A stretch of 64,000 bases of DNA from a virus. Taxonomy: Duplodnaviria; Heunggongvirae; Uroviricota; Caudoviricetes. This document shows, piece by piece, positions 37,818 to 46,209 of the stretch (within the stretch, counting starts at the first letter, position 1; every line of letters starts with the position of its first letter). The notes below the pieces were generated by a model. The model did no database searches and was not told the DNA's origin. It saw only the letters and a program-made list of their open reading frames with translations. The position numbers and the translations under genes were made by a program. The stretch lies in the IMG/VR virus record IMGVR_UViG_3300031419_000581; one strand, 5' to 3'.

Positions 37818-37841
37818 AAAAAAGCTCCGAAGAGCTTTTTT
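37818..37841 (-). terminator. rho-independent terminator serving 37875..38066
   Basis: A-run, AGCTC-cgaa-GAGCT, T-run. Symmetric, so usable in both directions. Confidence 0.75.
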
Positions 37842-37874
37842 ATTAATCTAATAACTTAATAATTTTAATCAGTA

Positions 37875-38066
37875 TTAATTATCATTAACCCACTGACCGT
37901 CAGCCTTAACTTCACCGAATCCATATTTTTCATAAGAACTGGGAATGTTATTCTGCTCAGTAGCAGTTGCTTTAGTCTGATCCGAGGGGACAGTTGCATG
38001 TGCCATATTCATAGCGCCAAACAAAGATGTCAATGCGATAGTTGTTGCAATAATTGTTTTTTTCAT
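37875..38066 (-). CDS. small secreted protein
   Basis: 63 aa, AAGGAGAAG SD. Signal peptide MKKTIIATTIALTSLFGAMNMAHA/TV. Confidence 0.65.
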   Translation of the reverse strand: MKKTIIATTIALTSLFGAMNMAHATVPSDQTKATATEQNNIPSSYEKYGFGEVKADGQWVNDN

Positions 38067-38205
38067 AGTGCTTCTCCTTTTCGATTGTTGTAAAAACGTG
38101 ATCTATATCACATTCTTACTAAGTGAGATAACAATAACATCCGTTATTAAAAAAATCAAGTGTATTTTTTAACCAAAAGTGCGGTATCAATAGATTTTAT
38201 TGATT

Positions 38206-38242
38206 AAAAAAAGAAAGATCAGCCAGGATCTTTCTTTTTTTT
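38206..38242 (-). terminator. rho-independent terminator serving 38257..38532
   Basis: AGAAAGATC-agccag-GATCTTTCT 9-bp stem flanked by A- and T-runs. Confidence 0.85.
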
Positions 38243-38256
38243 ATTTAGTCATCAAA

Positions 38257-38532
38257 TTAAAGATATTGAAAATCTTCGTCTAAAATATAAAATTCATTGG
38301 TTTCCAGTGCGAGGTTAACTGGTGCTGGTGAACCTTCTTCACTGATAACTCTCATAGGGGTTTTGGTGCTTGAACAAAACATGATAGATCGTAAGAGTTC
38401 ACGAAATTTTTTTGGATTTTCAAGTTCAATAATATGTTTACTGCCTTCTTTTCTTAATGACACAGGCAACTGATGTTCCACCTCAGCATCGTCAAAAAAT
38501 GAAACTTTAAATTGATTGTTATTGTCAGACAT
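38257..38532 (-). CDS. hypothetical small protein
   Basis: 91 aa, AAGGAGA SD. No family recognised and no tail. Confidence 0.6.
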   Translation of the reverse strand: MSDNNNQFKVSFFDDAEVEHQLPVSLRKEGSKHIIELENPKKFRELLRSIMFCSSTKTPMRVISEEGSPAPVNLALETNEFYILDEDFQYL

Positions 38533-38668
38533 GTTGATAATCTCCTTGTAATTATATATGTCTTTACTTATAACAATTAATAATTAAAAATCAACTTTTT
38601 GAGATATGTATTTGTAATGAATAACAAGAAAAGATATAATTAACGTATATATATAAGAGGATAATAAA

Positions 38669-40114
38669 ATGAGAGTGAGTTTTAAAACTATAAATGATGG
38701 TCAGGTTTCAGAAATACAACAAAATTCAACCATTGAATCGCATATTCTGGATTCTGCTTTTTCTCTTGAAAAAAATAACTTTGAAAGAGAAATTCAGCGA
38801 TATTATTCTGCAGGTGATAAAAAAACAGCCGCTAATATTGAAAATTTACAAAATATGGTAAGTTTTATTGTTCCTCTTTATGAAATTTTGAATCGAAATT
38901 TTGAAACGAAAGCTTATCACGTCAAAACATTTAAAAATATTTTTGAAATAGCCGTTTCAGCATGTAAAGCAGAAGGTTTACCTGAAGAGTATATAACTCA
39001 AAGGTTATTTTCACAAATGGTGATATCAAAAGCATTTAAAAGTATCTCACCTGAAATTGAACAATTTATTATATCAAAAACTAACTTTAATGCGGTAGAT
39101 TATACTTTGACAAATAGTTTTTGTCAGAGGTGGAGTCTTGCTACGGTTGCACAAATGAAAGATCTGGAATTACTGGAAAAATTACTTCCAGTTGTTAAAC
39201 TACATGAAGGTGGTAAGATACTAACTAACTGGAATGATGATTTTGAACAAAACCCTTTAATTCTGCAAAAAAAAGGTGGTGTTAATTTAAGGGCGACAGA
39301 ATTTGATATGATTTATGCTCATTCCTTTTATAAACCAGAGAAAAGATTGAAAAAGGGCGATATTGAAGAATTTGAGAATTTTAACCATATGTATCTTAGT
39401 TATGCTGCGGATAAAGATAAGTGTGCATTCTTAAGTAGAGAAATATTGTTGTATGCACTTTTTCTTGATATGCCATCTTTTTTACCTGATTCTTATAAAA
39501 CAGCAAAAAAAATGAATCAGATCAGAAGTTTTTGTAAAAAGAATGAATATTTAAAAATGACACCTTCTGACGAAGAAGCTGTTTTATATATGGCTGCAGC
39601 AATGGATATAGAAGAGCTGCCTTTGTTTTCAAAATGGAAATTTAATGCAGGAAAAGGAAAAGCATTTGAGGCATTGATAAAAAATGCCTGTATGAACAAA
39701 AACAATGCGTATAACATCCATCTGAATATTCTGATTGATCAGCTTGAAGAAGCTAAAAAATATACAGAAAAAAACAATAAAGACTTTTTGACATTATGGA
39801 CAAAAGACATAGATCCATATAGTTTTTATGCAAGAAACTTTAAAAGAGACCAGGAGAGCGATTTAATTCCATTTACAAATCTTCTGAAAGAAAACTTTGA
39901 ATTAATATCAAAACATTTTGGAAAGGAAGAAACACAAGAAATAAATCGTAAAAATTTTAACGAAAAGGTGCTTAAATTTGTCAGTTCAGAAATATCTACG
40001 AACAGAAGATCTGATTCTCCTGAAAGACAAAAAACGTTACTTGATATAAGTTTCCAGGTTGAAGAAATTTTAAAAAATCAAGCATTGCCTAAGTTAAGCA
40101 AGAATAGAATGTAA
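38669..40114 (+). CDS. hypothetical protein, R-[LIM]-COOH tail family (ends ...PKLSKNRM); paralog of 32316..33680
   Basis: 481 aa, AAGAGGA SD. C-terminal QVEEILKNQALPKLSKNRM-stop. Shared blocks with 32316..33680 are listed under that feature. Confidence 0.75.
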   Translation: MRVSFKTINDGQVSEIQQNSTIESHILDSAFSLEKNNFEREIQRYYSAGDKKTAANIENLQNMVSFIVPLYEILNRNFETKAYHVKTFKNIFEIAVSACKAEGLPEEYITQRLFSQMVISKAFKSISPEIEQFIISKTNFNAVDYTLTNSFCQRWSLATVAQMKDLELLEKLLPVVKLHEGGKILTNWNDDFEQNPLILQKKGGVNLRATEFDMIYAHSFYKPEKRLKKGDIEEFENFNHMYLSYAADKDKCAFLSREILLYALFLDMPSFLPDSYKTAKKMNQIRSFCKKNEYLKMTPSDEEAVLYMAAAMDIEELPLFSKWKFNAGKGKAFEALIKNACMNKNNAYNIHLNILIDQLEEAKKYTEKNNKDFLTLWTKDIDPYSFYARNFKRDQESDLIPFTNLLKENFELISKHFGKEETQEINRKNFNEKVLKFVSSEISTNRRSDSPERQKTLLDISFQVEEILKNQALPKLSKNRM

Positions 40115-40130
40115 TGCTGATTCGTGGATG

Positions 40131-40157
40131 AAAAAAGACTGCATTTGCAGTCTTTTT
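40131..40157. terminator. bidirectional rho-independent terminator
   Basis: A6-GACTGC-attt-GCAGTC-T5. Confidence 0.85.
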
Positions 40158-40354
40158 CATTATTCTTCGCTATCTTATTTCTTATCTTCTGGCATATTCT
40201 TGTGTATTTTTTTTATTAAATTATTAATGGCTTCATTAAGCGGTAAAACTTTTTCTTCTGAGGGTGATTGTGGTTTTGTCATAAAAAAATCCTTATATAA
40301 TAATGCTATGCATTTATAATAAAGGATTTTTCATAAAAATAAAAGTACTCAAAG

Positions 40355-40789
40355 CTATCTTTTTCTTTTAGGAGTATTACTTATATTTTCGGCAACCTGA
40401 TTTTCTTCATTTTGTTGAAGGCGCTCTTTCATTTTTTCCAGCATAGTTTCTACTTTATGATGAGTAAAAAAATGAACTTCAGGTGATTTTAATCTTTGAC
40501 GCTGTGAAGGAACAAAATTGTTATAATCTTCATGACTGCCAACCCATAACCATAAGCAGCGATCAATACCTTCTTCACTTTTAGATTTAGCGCCTACAAC
40601 GCGATATTCTGTTCCATCAATCTTAAAGGCAATAGCGAAAACATTTCTGCTGCATCCTCCAAGCACATGACTGTTCACCATGGAAGGATCTTCTTTCCAC
40701 ATTTTAAACGTTTCTTTGGCTTTGTTTTGAACATTTTTAGGTAAACTTTGAATAAGTTTTAAAAAATTAGGGTGTCTTGCTGATTCCAT
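40355..40789 (-). CDS. RelE/ParE/HigB-superfamily toxin-like protein with a basic C-terminal extension
   Basis: The N-terminal ~90 aa fit the toxin pattern (KETFKMWKEDP...VFAIAFKIDGTEYRVVGAK...LWLWVGSHEDYNNF; compare ...FNIGGNKYRLI...FVGTHAEYD in HigB/RelE-type toxins). A ~50-aa extension ends NTPKRKR. Confidence 0.5.
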   Translation of the reverse strand: MESARHPNFLKLIQSLPKNVQNKAKETFKMWKEDPSMVNSHVLGGCSRNVFAIAFKIDGTEYRVVGAKSKSEEGIDRCLWLWVGSHEDYNNFVPSQRQRLKSPEVHFFTHHKVETMLEKMKERLQQNEENQVAENISNTPKRKR

Positions 40790-40795
40790 TTTATG

Positions 40796-40945
40796 TTATT
40801 CCCACTCATCATCTTCTGAATAATCGATATCGTCATCACTCATAGCTTCTTCTGCAAGTTTGCCCCATACGTCTGAATCGCTATCCAGTTGAGCATCCCA
40901 TTTTTGAGATTGTTCCTGTGCAGAATCTTCTTTTTTAATCGTCAT
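40796..40945 (-). CDS. small acidic protein upstream of the toxin-like gene (possible antitoxin)
   Basis: Below the ORF-track cutoff. My translation is MTIKKEDSAQEQSQKWDAQLDSDSDVWGKLAEEAMSDDDIDYSEDDEWE (49 aa). AAGGA SD 8 nt upstream. Its stop lies 6 nt before the ATG of 40355..40789. Confidence 0.45.
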   Translation of the reverse strand: MTIKKEDSAQEQSQKWDAQLDSDSDVWGKLAEEAMSDDDIDYSEDDEWE

Positions 40946-41009
40946 GTAAACGTATCCTTATTAGTGTATATAAAACGATTATAACAAAAAAAAATGTTAT
41001 CAGCAAGAA

Positions 41010-41037
41010 TTACATGCTTTTAAAAAAATGATATAAT
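41010..41037 (+). promoter_or_regulatory. sigma70 promoter (extended -10) for 41063..42214
   Basis: TTACAT (41010-41015), 16-nt spacer containing TG, TATAAT (41032-41037). Confidence 0.55.
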
Positions 41038-41062
41038 AGATCAAATAACAGGAGTATGTAAT

Positions 41063-42214
41063 ATGAATTTAATAACCGCCGAAGAAATTAATGAGGCAAT
41101 GCTACAAGAAGTTTATGCAGGAAACTCATATAATTTGAGGAAAATACTGGAAAGTGAATATATAAATAACTGGCTTGATTCTGAATATTCTATGTCTGCT
41201 AAACCTACTGTTAATCCTGTATTACTCTCAGCTTCACTTTTTGATGGATTAAGTTGTCTTAAAGAGTTTGTTTATCATTATAGTGATGTTTTGAAGTGGA
41301 CATTTAAAGAAGAAAATGAAAAACAAAGTCAGCGATTAAATTTACTTTCTCTTTCAATATTGAATAAAAATATGGCAGTGATTGATTTTATCGCAGAGCA
41401 GGAAGCTTTTACAGAAATACTCAATATGTCTGATAGCTTTAACGTAAGTCCATTAGCAATCCTGTCCAATGATGGCGATGTCGAATTCTTCAAAGAAATA
41501 GTTAACCTTGCGGAGGAAAAAAAGAGAAATAAGCCCATTGATATTTATGAAAATAATAAAATATTATATATTCTCGGATATAATGCGATTCAAAGAATTG
41601 ATAAAAAAGAGAATTTTTTAGAAATGATAGATTTCGCAATTAAAAAAGGCTATGCTTTTGGTATCGAAAATGGCTTCCATGGAAACTATCATAAAGATAA
41701 GTTTCAAAATTTTTTGAGCAATATGGTGTCATTAATTAACGATAATAGAAAAAAAGGAGATTCTTTTGAAATTTTTAACGAAAAAATGGAGACCCTTTTA
41801 AGTATACACACTCGTTATAATGCCATTTATAACATTAACAGTTCTTTTTCTCATAAGCTGGGACAGAACATTCATTGTGCATTTGCAAGCAGTAGCCAGA
41901 ATTTTATAGAAAGAAAAGACTATCTTGAAGGATTTAAAAGCAGAATGGATGAATATTTGACAGAAAAGCAAACAGATAAGTTAAAGCGAATATCAAGTAA
42001 AGTAATTGCCCTATGGGAAAAATTAGATTCAGAAGAAAAAAAAGATTTAATGATTTCAGGTTTTTCCAAAGATTTTTTATCTGATGTTTTTAAAAGTATT
42101 CAAAAAAATAAGTTCAATGATTTAAATGTATTGCTGGAAAAATATGAATTGGTTAAAAAAACCAATGAGTCTAAAAATCATGATATTGTTTACAGTAAAT
42201 CAGTAAGGATATAA
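41063..42214 (+). CDS. hypothetical protein with ankyrin-like repeats, R-[LIM]-COOH tail family (ends ...VYSKSVRI)
   Basis: 383 aa, AGGAG SD. ANK-like VSPLAILSNDGDVEFFKEIVNL. C-terminal LLEKYELVKKTNESKNHDIVYSKSVRI-stop. Confidence 0.75.
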   Translation: MNLITAEEINEAMLQEVYAGNSYNLRKILESEYINNWLDSEYSMSAKPTVNPVLLSASLFDGLSCLKEFVYHYSDVLKWTFKEENEKQSQRLNLLSLSILNKNMAVIDFIAEQEAFTEILNMSDSFNVSPLAILSNDGDVEFFKEIVNLAEEKKRNKPIDIYENNKILYILGYNAIQRIDKKENFLEMIDFAIKKGYAFGIENGFHGNYHKDKFQNFLSNMVSLINDNRKKGDSFEIFNEKMETLLSIHTRYNAIYNINSSFSHKLGQNIHCAFASSSQNFIERKDYLEGFKSRMDEYLTEKQTDKLKRISSKVIALWEKLDSEEKKDLMISGFSKDFLSDVFKSIQKNKFNDLNVLLEKYELVKKTNESKNHDIVYSKSVRI

Positions 42215-42241
42215 AAAAAAGAGAGCATAGCTCTCTTTTTT
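42214..42241. terminator. bidirectional rho-independent terminator
   Basis: A8-GAGAGC-ata-GCTCTC-T6, between convergent genes. Confidence 0.85.
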
Positions 42242-42256
42242 AATGGTTAAAATAAA

Positions 42257-42808
42257 TTATTCATGGTCTGGCTGCGGAGCCGGAGCCGGTGGAGGAGTAG
42301 GTTCACCTGCACGTGGCGAAGGCGGCATTGAATCACGTTTTTCTTCCATCCCTCTTTCTGGTCCTTTTTTAATTCTGTCCTGCATGGACTTGAATTTTTG
42401 TCTTTGTTCAGGCGTTAAGACCTGATAAATTTCGTGATCTGTTTTTGCACGATCTACTGCCCAGTCTGCGGCTTTATCTTTTTGATCGTCAATAATTGAT
42501 TTTGCTTTGTCGTCAGAGTAGTCGTCTGACCATGCTAGATCATGTAATTTTTTCTGCACATCCTGCATGTGTTCAAATGCTTCCTTGTTGTCATCGCGTG
42601 AGTCGGTCAGGATTTTATTAATTTTGTCCTGTTGCTCTTTACTGAGATCTAATCCCGCGAAAGGAGTTTTATGCCCCATAGAGCCAGGTTTAACGTGGTG
42701 AGGCTGAGGTGGCTGATTCGTTTGTTCAGCGGCATATACGGCGCTGTTAGCACCAACGATTAATCCTACAAAAAGTGCTAAGCTGGTTAGTTTTTTTGAT
42801 TTAGTCAT
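42257..42808 (-). CDS. periplasmic Spy/CpxP-family (LTxxQ) protein with a Pro-rich C-terminal tail
   Basis: Signal peptide MTKSKKLTSLALFVGLIVGANSAVYA/AE. LSKEQQDKI and LTPEQRQKF motifs typical of Spy/CpxP/ZraP. The C-terminus PPSPRAGEPTPPPAPAPQPDHE is a local GC-rich patch. Confidence 0.7.
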   Translation of the reverse strand: MTKSKKLTSLALFVGLIVGANSAVYAAEQTNQPPQPHHVKPGSMGHKTPFAGLDLSKEQQDKINKILTDSRDDNKEAFEHMQDVQKKLHDLAWSDDYSDDKAKSIIDDQKDKAADWAVDRAKTDHEIYQVLTPEQRQKFKSMQDRIKKGPERGMEEKRDSMPPSPRAGEPTPPPAPAPQPDHE

Positions 42809-42987
42809 AATAAGTCCCTCATTGTTGTTAATGTAATATTCTGTGTTTCAGTAAGAAGCATACTATACTATTATTTGTAAAAAAGGTTGAAGAAAGTGTG
42901 AAGAAAATAAGGAATTAAAAAAAATATAAATTGATTTTGGAATAATTCTTATTTATTATTAACTAATTCAATAATTAAGGTATAAAT

Positions 42988-43392
42988 ATGATAAATAGCC
43001 AGATACATATTTTAATGCAGTCTTTAAATACTGCGAATGATGATATAGACAAAGAGATATTAATAAAAGAATACAGGCGTGTATTAAAAAAATTTGCAAC
43101 TGAAATACTTAGACTTACCTCGTCAGATTTTATTTTATTGAATAGCAAAGGTGGTTGGGCTTCTGAAGCAGAAGTTATTCTGCATGCTGATAATATCTAT
43201 ATTTCAGTGTGTCCAAGAAAAGGTATGAGCAAAGAAGATCATCAGGTATTATATCGAAAATGCAAAGACAGAAACGATAATTGCGGCGGTATGAATCATT
43301 TTATTTCTGCTAAAGAAGCTTTTTCAGAAAATGGTTTGGACAAATTTGCTACAAAAATTGCAATGATTAGTGGAGAAAAAACAGGCTCCTGA
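42988..43392 (+). CDS. hypothetical protein
   Basis: 134-aa ORF with AAGGT SD. No family recognised and no tail. Confidence 0.55.
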   Translation: MINSQIHILMQSLNTANDDIDKEILIKEYRRVLKKFATEILRLTSSDFILLNSKGGWASEAEVILHADNIYISVCPRKGMSKEDHQVLYRKCKDRNDNCGGMNHFISAKEAFSENGLDKFATKIAMISGEKTGS

Positions 43393-43401
43393 TAGAGCCT
43401 G
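43375..43401 (-). terminator. rho-independent terminator of the sensor-regulator operon
   Basis: CAGGCTC-ctgata-GAGCCTG 7-bp stem. The T-run is present only on the minus strand (A6 at 43376-43381). It overlaps the 3' end of 42988..43392. Confidence 0.65.
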
Positions 43402-43409
43402 CTTCAAAA

Positions 43410-44066
43410 TTAGCCTAATTGATATCCACGGCCGTAAACGCCTTTAATCATTTCGTCATCGGGTCTTATTTCCATGAGCTTTTTGCGTAAATTTTTAACA
43501 TGACTATCCACGGTTCTGTCACTTACTACACGTTTGTCTTGGTAAAGTTTATCCAGAAGTTTTTCACGTGCAACCGGATAGCCTACATTCTGAGAGAGTG
43601 TATAAATTAAACGATATTCAACAGGCGTAAGATCAAGTCTGGTTTCATCAAGCCATACGATTTCTTTGTCATGATCAATTTTTAATCCTTTAAAGTTTTC
43701 ACTTGCAACTGTGCTTTCTCTTAACCTTGCTTTAACTCGTGCTACTACTTCACGGAAACTATCGAAAGGTTTACAGATATAATCATCTGCACCTAATTCA
43801 AGGCCAAGTATACGATCAACTTCTTCACTTTTTGCACTGATAAGAATAATAGGAATATCATATTTTGCTTTTATGTCTTTACATAAAGTCAATCCATTAG
43901 TCCCCGGAAGCATGATATCCAGAAGAATCAGATCGGGTTTATTTTTCTGAATTTCAGGTAATACGTCACTGCCATTATGAATTTGCTTTGTTTTATAGCC
44001 TGCATCGTGAAGATAATCACTTAATAAATTAGCTATTCTTTTTTCGTCATCCACTATAAATATCAT
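43410..44066 (-). CDS. baeR: OmpR-family response regulator, BaeR-like
   Basis: Receiver domain IFIVDDE...PDLILLDIMLPGTNGLTLCKDIK...LGLELGADDYICKPF closely tracks E. coli BaeR as I recall it ([23 protein letters not shown]...LGLEIGADDYICKPY). C-terminal winged helix ending VYGRGYQLG. Confidence 0.7.
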   Translation of the reverse strand: MIFIVDDEKRIANLLSDYLHDAGYKTKQIHNGSDVLPEIQKNKPDLILLDIMLPGTNGLTLCKDIKAKYDIPIILISAKSEEVDRILGLELGADDYICKPFDSFREVVARVKARLRESTVASENFKGLKIDHDKEIVWLDETRLDLTPVEYRLIYTLSQNVGYPVAREKLLDKLYQDKRVVSDRTVDSHVKNLRKKLMEIRPDDEMIKGVYGRGYQLG

Positions 44067-44077
44067 AAGATAAACCT

Positions 44078-45586
44078 CTATTTTTTATTTGCATATTTAG
44101 GTAAAATTACATGTAGACACAGTCCGTCCCATTCAGAACGTTCTGCTTCTATAAATCCCTGGTGCTTATCAACAATACCTTTACATAAAGTTAAACCTAA
44201 ACCGGATCCGCCATATGCCTTGCTTCTGGAACTTTCAAGTCGATAAAATCGTTCAAACAAGTTGGGCAGTAATTCTTCTGGCACACCCGGCTTTGAATCT
44301 TTAATACTTATTTTTACTTCTTTCTTGCTATCATAAACCTTTACCACTATACGACCATTAGGATTAGTATAACGATAAGAATTTTCCAATAAATTGGTCA
44401 AAAGTTGCGTAATACGTTGTTGATCTGCCCATATTTTAATATCACTATTATCATAATGAAAATAGAAGTCCAGATTTTTTTGTTGAAAACGTGTTTCAAA
44501 AGCCTGAATAACGTTTTCCATGGTATAAATAAGGTCAACATTTGAAAAAGTATATTTCCATCCATCGGCATCCATAAGAGCAACGTCATAAACGTCATTA
44601 ATTAACCCATTAAGGTTTTCTACATCATTAAGTAATGCTTCAAGATTATGTGCTGTTGGTTTTCTTATGCCATCAAGCATTGCCTGAAGCTCACCTTTGA
44701 TAATGGTAATAGGTGTCCTGAGTTCATGAGAAATATCAGCCATCATAGACTTTCTGAATATCTCATTACCTTCAATCGTTTGAACCATTTTATTAAAGTC
44801 TTTCGCCAGCTGTCCAAATTCGTCATTTCTTTCTGCAACCACAACGCCTGATTTATAATCTCCTTCGGCTAATGCATGCGTGGCTTTCGCAAGAGCCTTG
44901 ATGGGCTTTAATATTGTTTTGGAAATCCAGTAGCAGAAAAATGCCGCCAGAATACAACCAATGATAGTTATCCACAGCATGTTGGCAATCTGTGTAGCAG
45001 CAAATCTTTCATCCAGACCAGTTAATACTTCTTCTTTCATCTTTTCAGTTACAAGCCAGCCAATAACATGCTGATTAAAATAAAGAGGATTCCATTGAGC
45101 TTTATCTGAATCAGGAATAAACCCCGCAATAATATGGTTTTTATCAGCAGAAACAAGAGCAAGGAAAGGTTTATTTAAAGCATTTAAATTAGCTGGTTTT
45201 TTAATCATATCCATATAGGCTGGATTAAAAGTATCATAGATATCAGTATTCAGAGAAGGTTCTTCTGGATATGACGGAACCTCTTTGTTTAAAATCATAA
45301 GTCTCCACCATAAATCCTGATCTTCTCTTAAAATTTGCCAGTTATTATCATGTGTAAGGTATACATTTTCAAGAGATTTACTCCATGAAGAGACGCGTTG
45401 TTCCTCACGTTTATTAACATAATCTTTAAAGCCAGTATTGAAATTATATCGAACGGCCATTTCCATAATGAAGACAAATGCGAAAACAAAAGCAAGAAAT
45501 TTAATAAATAGTTGTGTAGTTAACCCCCAAAGTGCAGGAGGTGAAGGAGACCAATACATTTTCTTTTTTTTGCTTGATTTATCCAT
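44078..45586 (-). CDS. baeS: sensor histidine kinase, BaeS-like
   Basis: Two TM segments flank a periplasmic domain. HAMP domain (ILKPIKALAKATHALAEGDY). H-box ADISHELRTPITIIKGE. N-box LLTNLLENSYRYT. G-boxes IKDSKPGV and GGSGLGLTLCKGIV. The kinase-then-regulator order matches baeSR. Confidence 0.7.
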   Translation of the reverse strand: MDKSSKKKKMYWSPSPPALWGLTTQLFIKFLAFVFAFVFIMEMAVRYNFNTGFKDYVNKREEQRVSSWSKSLENVYLTHDNNWQILREDQDLWWRLMILNKEVPSYPEEPSLNTDIYDTFNPAYMDMIKKPANLNALNKPFLALVSADKNHIIAGFIPDSDKAQWNPLYFNQHVIGWLVTEKMKEEVLTGLDERFAATQIANMLWITIIGCILAAFFCYWISKTILKPIKALAKATHALAEGDYKSGVVVAERNDEFGQLAKDFNKMVQTIEGNEIFRKSMMADISHELRTPITIIKGELQAMLDGIRKPTAHNLEALLNDVENLNGLINDVYDVALMDADGWKYTFSNVDLIYTMENVIQAFETRFQQKNLDFYFHYDNSDIKIWADQQRITQLLTNLLENSYRYTNPNGRIVVKVYDSKKEVKISIKDSKPGVPEELLPNLFERFYRLESSRSKAYGGSGLGLTLCKGIVDKHQGFIEAERSEWDGLCLHVILPKYANKK

Positions 45587-45588
45587 AT

Positions 45589-46125
45589 TTATAATCTTCT
45601 CTGTTGAAAATTTGAGTTATTGTAAAGGGTATAGGCTTTTACTGTATTTTTCAATATTTTCTTCTCTTTATTTAGCTGATAAGCATTAAAAAGTGCTTTA
45701 CCAAAAACAGACTTGAGATAATCTGACTTATTATGACGATTCAGGCAGTAAGGCTGTTTGTTTTTGTAAAAAACAGGTAATCCTTCAAAATATTGAGCAA
45801 TCATAGCTTGATTATTTGCTTTGCCAGCAAATAATTTGCGTATTTCATGCAACTCTTTATTTATAGCTGACTCAGACTTTGAATTATATTCTATAAAATT
45901 AAATGAAATATCTTTTTTTATGTTTAAAAGAGGGCGCTGAATAAAAATGGTTTCAATTTCCTGAAAATTATCTAATAATTTAATTAAGCGTAAATGAAAA
46001 CACATAATATTATAAGCAGCAAACAGACGTGTATTGTTTTTTAATTCATAATAACTTGTATCGTTTTCCTGGTTAAGAAAAAAAATTATTTGCTGAATAT
46101 TGGTTGGTAACAGTTTATGTAACAT
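45589..46125 (-). CDS. hypothetical protein, R-[LIM]-COOH tail family (ends ...SNFQQRRL)
   Basis: 178 aa. C-terminal NKEKKILKNTVKAYTLYNNSNFQQRRL-stop. Its stop lies 2 nt before the baeS-like ATG. Confidence 0.65.
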   Translation of the reverse strand: MLHKLLPTNIQQIIFFLNQENDTSYYELKNNTRLFAAYNIMCFHLRLIKLLDNFQEIETIFIQRPLLNIKKDISFNFIEYNSKSESAINKELHEIRKLFAGKANNQAMIAQYFEGLPVFYKNKQPYCLNRHNKSDYLKSVFGKALFNAYQLNKEKKILKNTVKAYTLYNNSNFQQRRL

Positions 46126-46209
46126 AAAGACCTATCAAAAGTTTATAGAAATAGTATAATGAGAATACTACAAAAAAATACAAAATAAAATTTTAATCGG
46201 AAAAGAGAT

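Noticed and set aside
40128-40319. 63-aa plus-strand ORF after 38669-40114, and a 35-aa minus-strand ORF at 40175-40282 (MTKPQSPSEEKVLPLNEAINNLIKKIHKNMPEDKK) with an AAGGA SD.
   Set aside because: The plus-strand ORF starts inside the terminator hairpin, has no SD and has a low-complexity hydrophobic composition. The minus-strand mini-ORF is plausible but too short to support without conservation or expression data.
12451-42241. Near-identical terminator cores (gagagcatttgctctc at 12457, gagagcatagctctc at 42221, ggagcatttgctcc at 37774) as a possible dispersed repeat family.
   Set aside because: The shared part is only about 15 nt of simple palindrome flanked by A and T runs. Convergence of intrinsic terminators is a sufficient explanation.
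42243-42425. Gly-rich 60-aa ORF (GCGAGAGGGVGSPARGEGG) that looks like a glycine-rich peptide.
   Set aside because: It is the reverse complement of the Pro-rich C-terminal tail of the Spy/CpxP-like gene (42257-42808) and also overlaps the bidirectional terminator. It is an antisense artefact.
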